IMG/VR virus record: IMGVR_UViG_3300018890_000004
Location: 1 to 55,806 of that record
Reading direction: 5' to 3' (one strand)
Length of the DNA: 55,806 nt
DNA from: a virus
Lineage: Duplodnaviria > Caudoviricetes
Under the pieces are notes generated by a model. The model did not search any database. It saw only the letters and a list, made by a program, of their open reading frames with translations, and was not told where the DNA came from. Below are positions 1-9,523 of this stretch, piece by piece. Each line of letters begins with the position of its first letter. Within the stretch, counting starts at the first letter, position 1. The position numbers and the translations under genes are program-made.

Positions 1-127
1 GAACGATGGCAGGATACTGTTATCAGGCTGATAGAAGAACACGATTCATTAATTAGAAGAATAAAGCGAGGTATAGGTGTATAAGATACACAAAAGCGCT
101 GACGGTTCGGAAATGCTTATCGCGCAA
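1..127. repeat. 127-bp terminal direct repeat (copy 1), assembler circularisation overlap
   Basis: Bases 1-127 are identical to 55680-55806. The length matches a k=127 overlap and reading frames run through the junction. Confidence 0.95.
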
Positions 128-478
128 ATGACCAACGAGCATTTGTTAAATATGATAAGGTTGATAACTGACAAGATTTCTAACGTTAGGATGATTCTAG
201 AAGGTGGCAACCCTGCAACGTCTAGAACAGATTCCATAATGATATCTACTATCAATCCACAGTTTAGCTTTAAGCATCTGTCAGAAAAAGCTGAGCAAAT
301 ACTTATTCATCAACACAAACGGCTTCAAGATTATGTAATTGAGGCAGCGCTTAGAGGGTTGGAAATATCCCCTATGCTTCAAAGCGCTTACGGTCGCTCT
401 GAGAGAATACCTGACTATAGCGCTTTTACCCTAGAAGCGGGGGATGATGATTACAGTGAAACACTTTACCAATTTTAA
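77..478 (+). CDS. hypothetical phage protein
   Basis: 133-aa ORF with GAGG SD before a GTG start, in an operon with the 55533-55763 gene across the junction. Confidence 0.75.
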   Translation: MYKIHKSADGSEMLIAQMTNEHLLNMIRLITDKISNVRMILEGGNPATSRTDSIMISTINPQFSFKHLSEKAEQILIHQHKRLQDYVIEAALRGLEISPMLQSAYGRSERIPDYSAFTLEAGDDDYSETLYQF

Positions 479-485
479 GGAACTT

Positions 486-731
486 ATGATAGACCAAAAC
501 GCGGTAAGAAACGCAGTTACTACAAACGATGAAATATGGCTAAGACTTGCAAGCTCGGGCGAGGTTCTGGTAGATGACATTCATGTTGTCATAAGTGACC
601 TTCTATCTGCTCTAGACAATGATAGAGACGACGTTGGACGCGATACGCTAGTAGAAGCTATAGGCTCGCTGGTAAAAGCTTCAAGAAAATATCACACAAG
701 CATACTAAGAAGAGAGGAACAAAATGATTAG
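486..731 (+). CDS. hypothetical protein
   Basis: AAGGA SD before ATG 486. Overlaps the next start. Confidence 0.7.
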   Translation: MIDQNAVRNAVTTNDEIWLRLASSGEVLVDDIHVVISDLLSALDNDRDDVGRDTLVEAIGSLVKASRKYHTSILRREEQND

Positions 732-1014
732 ATATACAGTAGCTACTAGAGATAAACTGCAAAAGCTAGATATTGAAGTAGAAATATACTACAGCCTGAT
801 TAACAATAACTGGGTGCTGGATAAAAACTACGCTACCAGTTTTACCAATCGTGATGAGGCGTTAGGGCTTAAAAAGCTACTAAACAGAGACGGATTGCAT
901 ATTGTGTCGGTTGATGATTACGGTGTAAACAATGACCCTGACTTACTAGAGAATGAAATTCCATACTTCCCACCTGGAATGAAAGGTATTGATGAAAAAT
1001 TCATGAGAGAATAA
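724..1014 (+). CDS. hypothetical protein
   Basis: GAGGA SD, coupled to the upstream ORF, followed by a terminator. Confidence 0.75.
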   Translation: MIRYTVATRDKLQKLDIEVEIYYSLINNNWVLDKNYATSFTNRDEALGLKKLLNRDGLHIVSVDDYGVNNDPDLLENEIPYFPPGMKGIDEKFMRE

Positions 1015-1035
1015 AGCTGCTTTACTAACCACCCA

Positions 1036-1068
1036 CCCCCGCTTCTACAAAAGGCGGGAATTTTTTTA
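1036..1068 (+). terminator. intrinsic terminator built on a CCCCCGCTT motif
   Basis: CCCGCTT-ctaca-AAGGCGGG hairpin followed by a T7 run. Confidence 0.65.
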
Positions 1069-1077
1069 TCTGGACTC

Positions 1078-1106
1078 TTGACAATCGTCTAGATGATTGT
1101 TAGTAT
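1078..1106 (+). promoter_or_regulatory. sigma70-type promoter with 18-bp palindromic operator in the spacer (type copy)
   Basis: TTGACA-17-TAGTAT containing CAATCGTCTAGATGATTG. Related copies start at 1977, 2641, 2931, 3264, 4275, 5417, 8218, 14846, 16405, 19347, 19869, 55481 (+) and lie at 44920-44948, 46075-46103 (-). Confidence 0.9.
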
Positions 1107-1130
1107 AGAGAAAGTTAAGAGGAAAGAACG

Positions 1131-1460
1131 ATGAACTTCAAACAGCTAAAAGATTCAACCCGCTTAGAGACAGGCAATTTGACAAACGAGCAAATCAAAC
1201 ACTACTTTACAAAAATTACATTTTTCTTTGATGATGCTCATAAGGTAAAATTAGATTTAAGAAAAATTGCTCACTGGGAAATTGTTAAGCGTTATGCGCT
1301 AAGATTGAAAACCCTTTTCCAACAAGATACCATGCCAAAAGTTGCCCCAATTGGTTACGCTGCCAAAACCAAAGAGTACTACAAGCATACAACAACCCCT
1401 ACAGGACGCGGTGTAGCTGCGCGTGTTGCCGAAGAATTTACAAGGATGGGAGTAAAATAA
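1131..1460 (+). CDS. hypothetical early protein
   Basis: Directly downstream of promoter 1078, GAGGA SD. Confidence 0.8.
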   Translation: MNFKQLKDSTRLETGNLTNEQIKHYFTKITFFFDDAHKVKLDLRKIAHWEIVKRYALRLKTLFQQDTMPKVAPIGYAAKTKEYYKHTTTPTGRGVAARVAEEFTRMGVK

Positions 1461-2002
1461 TGGGTGAGTTCTACTTTGTTGATGGACACGTTGAAGTTTG
1501 GACAAATCAAGGTAATATCTTCCTAGTTTCGCGGGAAGATGTTGATTTAGTTGCTAATCAGCTATGGTATAAAACTAAAAACGGATATATGGTAAGAACT
1601 GTTAAAGCGGGGGGATGTAAGAAAAAAATGATATATCTTCACAAAGTTATTGCCGAGCGTGTTTATGGTAATATTCCCCCCGCTTATCAAGTAGATCACA
1701 TTGATGGGGATAAGCTCGATAATAGACGGCAAAATTTAAGGTTAGCTACGGTTAGCGAAAATGGTTTTAATAGAGGTGCAAACAAAAATAATACATCTGG
1801 GTATAAGGGTGTGACATGGCATAAGGTTGCAGAAAAATGGAGTTCTAAAATAGAGATAAATTTTGTAACTAAAAATTTAGGGTTGTTTGACGACCCCATT
1901 GTTGCAGCCCAAGTCTACGATGTGGCTGCCAAAATGTATCATGGAAAATTTGCCCGATTAAATTTTTCAAATCCTCTTGACAAACGTCTAGATGATTGTT
2001 AG
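1460..2002 (+). CDS. HNH endonuclease with C-terminal AP2 domain
   Basis: HNH motif VDHIDGDKLDNRRQNLR followed by the AP2 signature SGYKGVTW...KW...LGLF...AAQVYD.AA...HG.FA.LNF. Confidence 0.92.
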   Translation: MGEFYFVDGHVEVWTNQGNIFLVSREDVDLVANQLWYKTKNGYMVRTVKAGGCKKKMIYLHKVIAERVYGNIPPAYQVDHIDGDKLDNRRQNLRLATVSENGFNRGANKNNTSGYKGVTWHKVAEKWSSKIEINFVTKNLGLFDDPIVAAQVYDVAAKMYHGKFARLNFSNPLDKRLDDC

Positions 2003-2038
2003 TATATAAATATAGAACACAAACGGAGCCGAAAAACG

Positions 2039-2332
2039 ATGAAAAGCTTAACACCAGCCGAAAAATTCAACTTCTCTACACCATCTGTAATTGCTGCACT
2101 AGACACCGCAAAGCCAGTCCTCTGGAGAAAAGCATCACCTAGAACAAAATACAATCTGGACTCCACAAAAGTTGTTGACATAGTTCGTAGCCATGAGTTA
2201 AACCTTATTCTTGATATGCCAGAATGGGAAATAGAAGAAAATGAAGAAGGATTCATTGAAACTGACGCTGTATGCTCAGTAGAAGGCTACCAAGCATACG
2301 TTGAACAGTGTGTAATTAACTACTATTCATAA
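2039..2332 (+). CDS. hypothetical early protein
   Basis: Downstream of promoter 1977, GGAG SD. Confidence 0.75.
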   Translation: MKSLTPAEKFNFSTPSVIAALDTAKPVLWRKASPRTKYNLDSTKVVDIVRSHELNLILDMPEWEIEENEEGFIETDAVCSVEGYQAYVEQCVINYYS

Positions 2333-2376
2333 AAGCGGGGGGTTAACCCCCATACAAAAAATTTACGGAGAAAATC

Positions 2377-2553
2377 ATGGGCAAATTACCATCAAAATCA
2401 TACGCTTCACTACCTAACTTCTACGCTCTGGGTACTGGTATAAGAAACATACTTTTTGTTCTAGGTGTTATTTTGGTACTCAGTGGCATAGTTAGCACAG
2501 CTAGCAAACAAGAAACGAACTGTCAACCCCCTGTAACATATAAAAAGCTTTAA
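2377..2553 (+). CDS. small membrane protein (58 aa, not in ORF track)
   Basis: GGAG SD. Translation MGKLPSK...NILFVLGVILVLSGIVS...KKL has one hydrophobic helix and is followed by a terminator. Confidence 0.6.
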   Translation: MGKLPSKSYASLPNFYALGTGIRNILFVLGVILVLSGIVSTASKQETNCQPPVTYKKL

Positions 2554-2630
2554 ATTTTCTGAATCAAGAACAATTTGGAATCCCCCCGCTTTTATTGAAA
2601 AGTTGGGGGATTTTTTTATGGATATTTTCG

Positions 2631-2645
2631 GTAAAGCTGCTTGAC
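2631..2645. promoter_or_regulatory. 15-bp palindromic site GT(A/C)AAGCWGCTT(T/G)AC (type copy, overlapping a -35 box)
   Basis: GTAAAGCTGCTTGAC here. About 30 near-identical copies genome-wide (see findings). Confidence 0.85.
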
Positions 2646-2701
2646 AATCGTCTAGATGATTGTTAGTATAGTTATAGAAAGTAAGAAAAGGACAAAAACA
2701 A

Positions 2702-2893
2702 ATGACACGCCAAAACAAGACCAGCAAAAACAACCCACACAACCTTACAGGATTTATCCACATCACAGATGCAGCTACTGGAGAACACCTAGAAACCCGT
2801 TATTTTAACCCAGAAGACCCCAATTCCCGCGCTAAGAAGGTATCCACCAAAAAGAAGCCAGCTAAACGTGTAGCCACCATAACAGCAATGTAA
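2702..2893 (+). CDS. small basic hypothetical protein
   Basis: Downstream of promoter 2641, AAGGA SD. Confidence 0.75.
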   Translation: MTRQNKTSKNNPHNLTGFIHITDAATGEHLETRYFNPEDPNSRAKKVSTKKKPAKRVATITAM

Positions 2894-2978
2894 AAAAGAG
2901 GCTTGGCTGAAAACTTTTCAGTCAAGCTGCTTGACAAAGATCTAGACAATCATCTATACTAAAGAAAGTTAAGGAGAA

Positions 2979-3200
2979 ATGAAAATGCAAGTTAAAGAAG
3001 CAGCGCAAGAAAAAGCACAGAGATTGGCAGCAATACTTAAAGAAGCCCAACGGCTGATAGACGTAGTTAATGATGAATTATTGGCTGATTTGACCATCAC
3101 GGCGACAAATTACCAAGTTATAACATATACTCGTTTCTGTATGGATGAGGACAATTTAAAGGCTGCTGCTGAAACTCTGGAAGCATTTGCCCTAGAGTAG
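2979..3200 (+). CDS. hypothetical early protein
   Basis: Downstream of promoter 2931, AAGGAG SD. Confidence 0.75.
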   Translation: MKMQVKEAAQEKAQRLAAILKEAQRLIDVVNDELLADLTITATNYQVITYTRFCMDEDNLKAAAETLEAFALE

Positions 3201-3323
3201 AAGCGGGGGTGGGAAGCTGGTCAAGCAGCTTGACCCACCCGAAAAAAAACTTTTAAAAACATCTTGACAATCATCTAGACGTTTGTTATCTTAAATATAG
3301 AACACACCAAGGAACCAAAACAC

Positions 3324-4232
3324 ATGACACGCTACACAACCGACGAACTGCTACGCTTCACCAAGACTAAGGTAAAAGAAATTGCAAAAGAGCTACAAAT
3401 CCCCCGTCGTACCGTAATGTCTTTTAACGACCTTGTAGACGCTATTGTATACGCAACTACACCAGTAGAAGAGTTGATTGATGAAGCCAAGCAAAACCAA
3501 GAAGAAGGCACATACGACCACTTATACATCGGTCGTGAATCCACCCCCGCTTCTGAACCTCTTACAGACCTACGTGAAACATCTGTAGATCCCGATGACC
3601 GCTACAGCCAATTCTCAGTAATTGACCACAGCAACGCTACAACCCTCTGGGATGGAGACAACTATCAGCCTTCTTGTGAGATTCCTGAAGACATGGACTA
3701 CGCTACTACGGTTTTTGTTGGTAATGTCTTTCAGCCGTCTTGTAATGTACTTCTTGGTTGGCTTGGTCGTTCCTCCGATATCAACACGGAGGCTAGCGAC
3801 TACGAAAATATGCAGCTAGCCACAGCCGAGAATTACAACTTTTCACGCAAAGTACCTGAGCCTGTAAAAAAGGTTTCTAGTGAGTCTGTGAGAACTGTTG
3901 CAACGTACAACGGAATCAAATACACAGTTAACTCAGATGAGGACGATATTAAACCAGAATACCGCGTTGTGACGTGTCAAACCGCCAAGGGGGTTAAGTT
4001 TACAATTAGCTTAATTGACCTTGACCTAGCTATGAACAAGTGGTATAGATGTAATCTCGGTTTCATCTCTACTAACGTCAGAAAAAAAGTAGTCTGCCTG
4101 CACAATCTAATTAATGAGCGTATGTGGGGAGAAAAGCCAAGAGGATGGTTAGTTGACCACATAGACGGCAACCGTCTAAACAACACACGGCAAAACTTAC
4201 GACTGGTTCAAGTCCATCCAGAACTTAGATAG
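3324..4232 (+). CDS. protein with N-terminal Rho-N/HeH-like helical domain and C-terminal HNH domain
   Basis: N-term ELLRFTKTKVKEIAKELQIP...DLVDAI. C-term LVDHIDGNRLNNTRQNLR. Confidence 0.8.
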   Translation: MTRYTTDELLRFTKTKVKEIAKELQIPRRTVMSFNDLVDAIVYATTPVEELIDEAKQNQEEGTYDHLYIGRESTPASEPLTDLRETSVDPDDRYSQFSVIDHSNATTLWDGDNYQPSCEIPEDMDYATTVFVGNVFQPSCNVLLGWLGRSSDINTEASDYENMQLATAENYNFSRKVPEPVKKVSSESVRTVATYNGIKYTVNSDEDDIKPEYRVVTCQTAKGVKFTISLIDLDLAMNKWYRCNLGFISTNVRKKVVCLHNLINERMWGEKPRGWLVDHIDGNRLNNTRQNLRLVQVHPELR

Positions 4233-4384
4233 AATCGGGGGGTGAAATTCCCCCAAAGATTTTCTAAAAAGACCTTGACAATCATCTAGACGTTTGTTAG
4301 TATTTAATAAGTGAGGGGTAAACGCTTCACAGCCCCCGAGAACGACCGCTACAGAACACGATTAAAACCAAAGGAATCAAAATC

Positions 4385-5053
4385 ATGACATTTTCTAATC
4401 TTTTCTCTAACCTGTTCCAAGCTAAAGACGCTTTCATTTCTAACTCTCATGATAAAATTGCTCATTTAGAGCAAATGATTGCAGACTTGAGAGACAGTAT
4501 CACCAAGACTGAAATTGAAAAAGCTAACCTAGGACAATCTCAACAGGCTGCTATCTCTGCATTGGAGCAGGCACGTTTGGCAATGGCAACGCTGGCGCAG
4601 TTTGGAGGAGAGGGTATTGCAGAGTTCAAAGCTGAGATGACAGCAGTGTTAGAGGCAGACTACACCGAAGTTGAAACAGTAGAACCAATCGCTTATCTTT
4701 CCGCTTCTGTAGAGCCGCAAGAAGTGCCAGTAAACGAGGATGAACCAACACCACCCCCCGCTTCTGATGACACCTTAAACGTCATTCTAGAGGCAGTACA
4801 AGAGCAACCACAAGTAGAAGAGACATCAACACCAATTGTAGAAACAGAGGAGGTGATTGCTGAAAAGCAGCAAGAAGAAGAAGCAAAACCAACGATTGAC
4901 CAAATCAACAAGATGCCTAGAATTGAAGTTATAGATTGGTTAGACAAATTAGGGGTTGAATATGATAAAAAGTCACTGATTAAAGATTTGAGAGCCAAGC
5001 TGACGGTGAGATTGACCTTTATCAACATAGAGCAACGAGAAGGCAAAGAGTAA
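4385..5053 (+). CDS. acidic coiled-coil protein with C-terminal HeH/LEM-like domain
   Basis: Own promoter (4275) and AAGGA SD. C-term INKMPRIEVIDWLDKLGVEYDKKSLIKDLRAKL. Confidence 0.75.
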   Translation: MTFSNLFSNLFQAKDAFISNSHDKIAHLEQMIADLRDSITKTEIEKANLGQSQQAAISALEQARLAMATLAQFGGEGIAEFKAEMTAVLEADYTEVETVEPIAYLSASVEPQEVPVNEDEPTPPPASDDTLNVILEAVQEQPQVEETSTPIVETEEVIAEKQQEEEAKPTIDQINKMPRIEVIDWLDKLGVEYDKKSLIKDLRAKLTVRLTFINIEQREGKE

Positions 5054-5468
5054 CCACAAGCGGGGGGCTACGGCTCCCCCTTTTTTGTGTCTAGCTGCTT
5101 TACTATCTAAGTAGTTACGTGTTTATATTTATACGTGTATCATACATAAAAATTTATCTAGATAATTATACTGTTGCACAACTAGATAAACAGCTAGATA
5201 GTAGTAAACGACACACACACCTTTTATGGGTGATTTACCAAGTCAGTACACACACAGCCATGTTTACCATAGCCACTATCAAAAAACTCTCATTTGTGCC
5301 ACCTACCGATGACGGCGACGATGATGACGGTGACGATGATTTAGATGATGAGTAGGTAGTTTCTAAGTTATCTAGTCAAAAAAACCCCTTACCAATAAAG
5401 TAGGGGGTTTTTTGTATTGACGTTTGACTAGATGATTGATAGTATAAGTAAAACTACAAATAAAAAAT

Positions 5469-5636
5469 ATGACTTACGACCAAGTATTAAAACAAGCAAC
5501 TGATGCAGGATTCACGTCTATAAAGACCATGGCGGGGGGTCGTTACGTTCTTATGCTAAATGATACCCCTAAGAAGTTAGGAAGCCTTAAAAGCCTTTCT
5601 AGCCATATCACAAAATACCCTAGAATAAAAGTGTAA
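5469..5636 (+). CDS. small hypothetical protein (55 aa, not in ORF track)
   Basis: MTYDQVLKQATDAGF...KYPRIKV lies between operator-promoter 5417 and terminator 5673-5714. Confidence 0.6.
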   Translation: MTYDQVLKQATDAGFTSIKTMAGGRYVLMLNDTPKKLGSLKSLSSHITKYPRIKV

Positions 5637-5672
5637 GTTTTCTTGTAATCCTTCACGTTTTTCTTCCCGTTC

Positions 5673-5714
5673 AAAAGCCCCCTCATCAGCGCTGTCTGTG
5701 AGGGGGCTTTTTTT
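5673..5714. terminator. bidirectional intrinsic terminator
   Basis: AAAAGCCCCCTCA...TGAGGGGGCTTTTTT. Confidence 0.8.
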
Positions 5715-5821
5715 GGTCTTTTCACCTACTAATACCTAAAGCTTGGTTTCGTTCGCCCTAGGGGCAAATCCGACCGTGTTCAGGTCACGTTTCGGCAAGT
5801 CCATACAAACCACTTTATCAC

Positions 5822-6283
5822 AGAAGCGGGGGGTGGGGTGGTGTAACACGATTCTCAATAAGACAATATTGTAACACACGATAGAATAAGCATTTCCAAG
5901 TTTTTCCAGAGTTTTCCAAGTTTTTCCAAATCTTACTATTGAGAAAACCCATATACAGCAATGCTTTTGAGTGTAATTTCCACGTTTCCAAGTTTTCCAC
6001 CTATTCCATATATATTTTTATTTTATATATTCAATACACACGTACACTGATTTACCACTTTTTACACATAAAAACATACTATTCACGCGCAATGGAAGGA
6101 TTTTTTCTTGGAAACGTGGAAATCCTTACCCAGCAAGGGTTATAAGTTGGAAAAGTCTGGAAATACCTGGAATTTTTCTGGAAAACTTGGAAATGCTTAT
6201 CCAGTAAGGCTTCTGAACAGGTAGTGTTTTTGTACTAGTTATAAGCTGTTATTATAGGTTGTGACCACCCACCCCCCGCTTTT
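5822..6283 (+). repeat. iteron cassette copy A (putative replication origin)
   Basis: AAGCGGGGG, then phased TTCCA iterons, an AT-rich core, phased TGGAA iterons and CCCCCGCTT. Homologous to 28095-28564 and 51025-51514. Confidence 0.85.
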
Positions 6284-6430
6284 ATGTCAGACAAAAACTC
6301 GCCAAAAGAGCCTTTGATAGTTACCATACCAACGACCCCACCAAGACCGAGAGAACCCGCTACCCAATCCGGACAGTCGGCAACAGGTGAACCAGTGGAA
6401 AACACAACCAGCCGTCCCTGATTTAGATCA

Positions 6431-6480
6431 CAAAAAGAAAAGCCCCCGATTGAGAGAGTACATCGGGGGCTTTCGTGTTT
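6431..6480. terminator. strong hairpin terminator (best U-tract on minus strand)
   Basis: AAAGCCCCCGAT-loop-ATCGGGGGCTTT. Confidence 0.8.
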
Positions 6481-6489
6481 AACCTTTCT

Positions 6490-6772
6490 ATCAAAGAGTC
6501 TACCACCCCCGCCACGATGAGCCATAGCCCGGGTAAACTTTGGAGGACATACAAAGACTCATTGGAGGGTAACAACTCTCACACGGCTGTTTTTCGCGGA
6601 GGTCACCAACTCCGGAGTTTTTCCCGGCTGCGGGGGATGGGGAAACCCATAGAGCCGTTCCGGCGAACCCCGATTTTATGAGACTCGGAACTTTTAGATA
6701 AACTAGACCACACGCCATATATAGGCAGAGTTCGCCCAGAGGTTTGAACACGTTCATTTTTATTTTATTTTT
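6490..6772. ncRNA. candidate structured non-coding RNA, family not recognised
   Basis: GC-rich island with many nested stems (ATGGG-GAAA-CCCAT, CGGAG/CTCCG, ACGGCT/AGCCGT, GAGGGT/ACTCTC, CTTTG/CAAAG, GAGTCT/AGACTC) and no convincing ORF. Confidence 0.5.
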
Positions 6773-7151
6773 CAAGAGTTTTGTAAGCAGATTTTCGGTA
6801 TACTCCCGTTTCTATTAACCTAGACACAATATTTATGATGTTATGCTCATAATTATTATAAGCATTTTTACTTATATAAGCTGTGGCTATTGTATGGTAG
6901 TAATTCCAGCGAAAGTTTATATCAATCTGCAAACAAGTTTTTAAATTATTTACGTTATTATGAAGAGAGTTACATCAATTTGCAAAGTTTTAGGAGATAC
7001 ATAGCACAAGAGTTAAACTCTGTCAAGTAGTTTGTTTATATCAACTTGACATAATTCTTCTAAATTTGGGTGCTTGCTCATAAACTCTAAAATTGGTCGA
7101 AAATGCGTAGAGATACGTAGAAACTCTGTATAAAATTTGAGATGTACTGAC

Positions 7152-7664
7152 ATGACTAAAACAACCGTTAAGACCATTTATGAAGCAGCTATGGTCTTTA
7201 ATCGCAACCAGTTAGAAGCTAAATTAGGTAAAAAAATTCGTGCTGAACAATGGCGCATACTTCAGGAAATTTGCGAAGAACGTGGTTTGGTTTCAGCAAA
7301 CGGGGTTATTGACAATCAAACTCTTGAAACTTTAGCCACAATTAAAAAGAATTGCGGCAAGTTTACATCTAACAGGGTTGTGTTTAACACCTATTTTGAT
7401 ATCCTTAGCCAGTTGAAAACAAAGGCTACTCTTTACGGGTTTGATATCAAAAATGAGTTGAAAATAACTTGCAAAAAACATAACGGTTTTGAGCCTTCAG
7501 ACTCTACTATTTACGGATGGTTCAACCGTTCAGGGCTTTCTTTCAAAAGTCATAGTCAATACAAACTTGAAGAGGTTACACGCGTCTATATCAAGTGTCT
7601 TTTCGCTAAGCAACCCAAGCGTAAAAGCCCTAACGTTGATAAAGCTGCTTTACTCATCAAATAA
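7152..7664 (+). CDS. hypothetical basic protein, possible HTH DNA-binding
   Basis: Lys/Arg-rich ORF with an HTH-like PSDSTIYGWF segment. Confidence 0.7.
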   Translation: MTKTTVKTIYEAAMVFNRNQLEAKLGKKIRAEQWRILQEICEERGLVSANGVIDNQTLETLATIKKNCGKFTSNRVVFNTYFDILSQLKTKATLYGFDIKNELKITCKKHNGFEPSDSTIYGWFNRSGLSFKSHSQYKLEEVTRVYIKCLFAKQPKRKSPNVDKAALLIK

Positions 7665-7733
7665 AAAATCCCCCGCTTTAATAATCTAAAGCGGGGGCGA
7701 CTAATCCATTTTTCAATCCAAGGTAATTATATC

Positions 7734-8141
7734 ATGTTTAAATGGCTTACAGGTTTGTTTAAGAGGGTTTTATCATTTTTTAAGAAAAAGAAGAAAAGCC
7801 CTAGAAAATACCCTAAATCTTCTACTAAAATTCTTACGGGTTATGTGTATTTTTTTTATAGTAGAAAATTTTCAAGAGTTAAAATAGGATGTTCAAAAGA
7901 CCCTGAAAAGCGTTATAAGGGGATTAAAAGGCATATCACAGATTTACAGGTTTTAGGATTTGTGAAGGGTAGTTTTGAATTAGAGAGTTATTACCTGGAA
8001 CTCTTTAATGAGTTTAGATATCCCATGCCAAAAAAATACAAAACTAAAGGCATAGGTTATACAGAATGGTTTAAGGTTAATAAGGTGTTAATTGAACATC
8101 TAGAACAATCTGTTTTAAAAAAAACCTTAAATATTCGTTAA
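7734..8141 (+). CDS. GIY-YIG-like nuclease (T5orf172/MUG113 type)
   Basis: GYVYF...VKIGCSKDPEKR...E..........F...TEWF motifs. Confidence 0.85.
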   Translation: MFKWLTGLFKRVLSFFKKKKKSPRKYPKSSTKILTGYVYFFYSRKFSRVKIGCSKDPEKRYKGIKRHITDLQVLGFVKGSFELESYYLELFNEFRYPMPKKYKTKGIGYTEWFKVNKVLIEHLEQSVLKKTLNIR

Positions 8142-8274
8142 GCTGCTTGACCGTCCACCCCCCGCTTCTATTGTGGGGTTTCATACTTAGATTATTCTAA
8201 ACCTTGCAAATTAAGTATTGACAAACGTCTAGATGATTGTTAGTATATAGAAAGTTAAGAACAAGGAAACGACC

Positions 8275-8925
8275 ATGCAACCACAAAAAGACCAGTACTT
8301 ACAGCGTTATCTTAAAGAGGTTGATGTAAACAGAGAATTGCAAAAAAAGATTAACGATTTAGAAAGACAAATTGATTCATTTGAGTGTGATTATGGAACC
8401 TCTAATGATAGGATTGATGTTTTGGAGAAGTCGTGTGATGAACTGCGTAAAAAGCTCGATGAGGCTCTAACTTTGCTTGAAGTGCGAAAAAGGATTATTG
8501 ACTATGAAAAAGTTAAAAATCAGTCGTTAACTACCGCGCTAGAGAACGAAAAAGAGCATAACAAGAAGCTTTGTGAGGAAAACATAAGGCTGGCTAACAT
8601 TAACAGTGGTTTTGTTTCTTCCTCTTCACAGGATGATTATGAACAGTTGGACACCTTCCAATTGATTGATAAAATCTCAGTTTTGGAGGAGCAATTAGAA
8701 GTCGTTACACTACGCAGTAACACATACAAAACGCAAAGAGACACGTTTAAGAGAGTGTGTGATGATTACCGTAAGAAATTAGAAGCATATCAAGATATAA
8801 TTACTAAGTCTCTTAACAGTGAAAGTCATAATTTAAGAGAGGAAGTAGAAGACTTGAAGATTGAGAATGCATACTTAAAAATGCTCCTCAAAAATGCCGG
8901 ATACACACCTGAGCAGTTGGGCTAG
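8275..8925 (+). CDS. coiled-coil protein
   Basis: Heptad-rich sequence, own operator-promoter (8218) and AAGGA SD. Confidence 0.8.
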   Translation: MQPQKDQYLQRYLKEVDVNRELQKKINDLERQIDSFECDYGTSNDRIDVLEKSCDELRKKLDEALTLLEVRKRIIDYEKVKNQSLTTALENEKEHNKKLCEENIRLANINSGFVSSSSQDDYEQLDTFQLIDKISVLEEQLEVVTLRSNTYKTQRDTFKRVCDDYRKKLEAYQDIITKSLNSESHNLREEVEDLKIENAYLKMLLKNAGYTPEQLG

Positions 8926-8930
8926 AAATC

Positions 8931-9392
8931 ATGAAAATATATCTGACAAACCCTTACACAAACGAAACAGACACGCTGACTAATTGGGCAATTGTTCTTA
9001 AAACGCCTAGAATCAGTATGTATGCTCGCTGGAGACGTAACCCTAACAGTCATGCTTATGTACTTTTTGGAAGTAATTATAGAGTGATTGCTAAGCTACT
9101 TTATGGCGACGATGCCGCAAAAGTAAAATTGTTAATACAGCCTAAACCGTTTGTTAACCATGAGTTTGTTTTTCGCCCAGACACTGTTATCAACGGCTCT
9201 ACAGTTTCACACGCTGCTTACCTTCCAAATGACCTAGAAACGCCAGTAGTTGATAATATAGTAGAATGGGGTGAAGGCTACGCTTGGAACTGCTACAGTG
9301 GTTTTGAGGGGTCAACTAAAAGCGAAGTAGCAAACAGGGTTTACCATCTGTTGCACGTTGAAAAAAATTATGATGCTTTGACACAAGAATAA
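8931..9392 (+). CDS. hypothetical protein
   Basis: 153-aa ORF coupled to the upstream gene. Confidence 0.75.
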   Translation: MKIYLTNPYTNETDTLTNWAIVLKTPRISMYARWRRNPNSHAYVLFGSNYRVIAKLLYGDDAAKVKLLIQPKPFVNHEFVFRPDTVINGSTVSHAAYLPNDLETPVVDNIVEWGEGYAWNCYSGFEGSTKSEVANRVYHLLHVEKNYDALTQE

Positions 9393-9523
9393 AAAATCCC
9401 CCGCTTCTTACTCAAAAGCGGGGGGCTGACTAACACTTGTTCTTTGAAGATTCAAACTCTAGCATAACACATTTAACCTTGTGATGTCACTATCACAGGG
9501 TTTTTGTTTTGTCAAGAGTAGAA

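Noticed and set aside
5680-5800. Hammerhead ribozyme (CTGATGAG and GAAAC on the minus strand)
   Set aside because: Stems I and II cannot be formed around the core, and CTGATGAG lies within a terminator stem.
5818-6145. ORFs 5818-6000 and 5939-6145, and equivalents at 28164-28680 and 51101-51556
   Set aside because: Low-complexity translations of the iterons (LETWK, FQVFQ), frames not conserved between copies, no SD.
5822-6283. Iteron cassettes as CRISPR arrays
   Set aside because: Repeats are 5-8 bp at 10-bp period with no 30-40-bp spacers, and no cas genes are present.
6503-6520. Cobalamin riboswitch-like CCCCCGCCAC
   Set aside because: No B12 box or other conserved elements, and no downstream gene.
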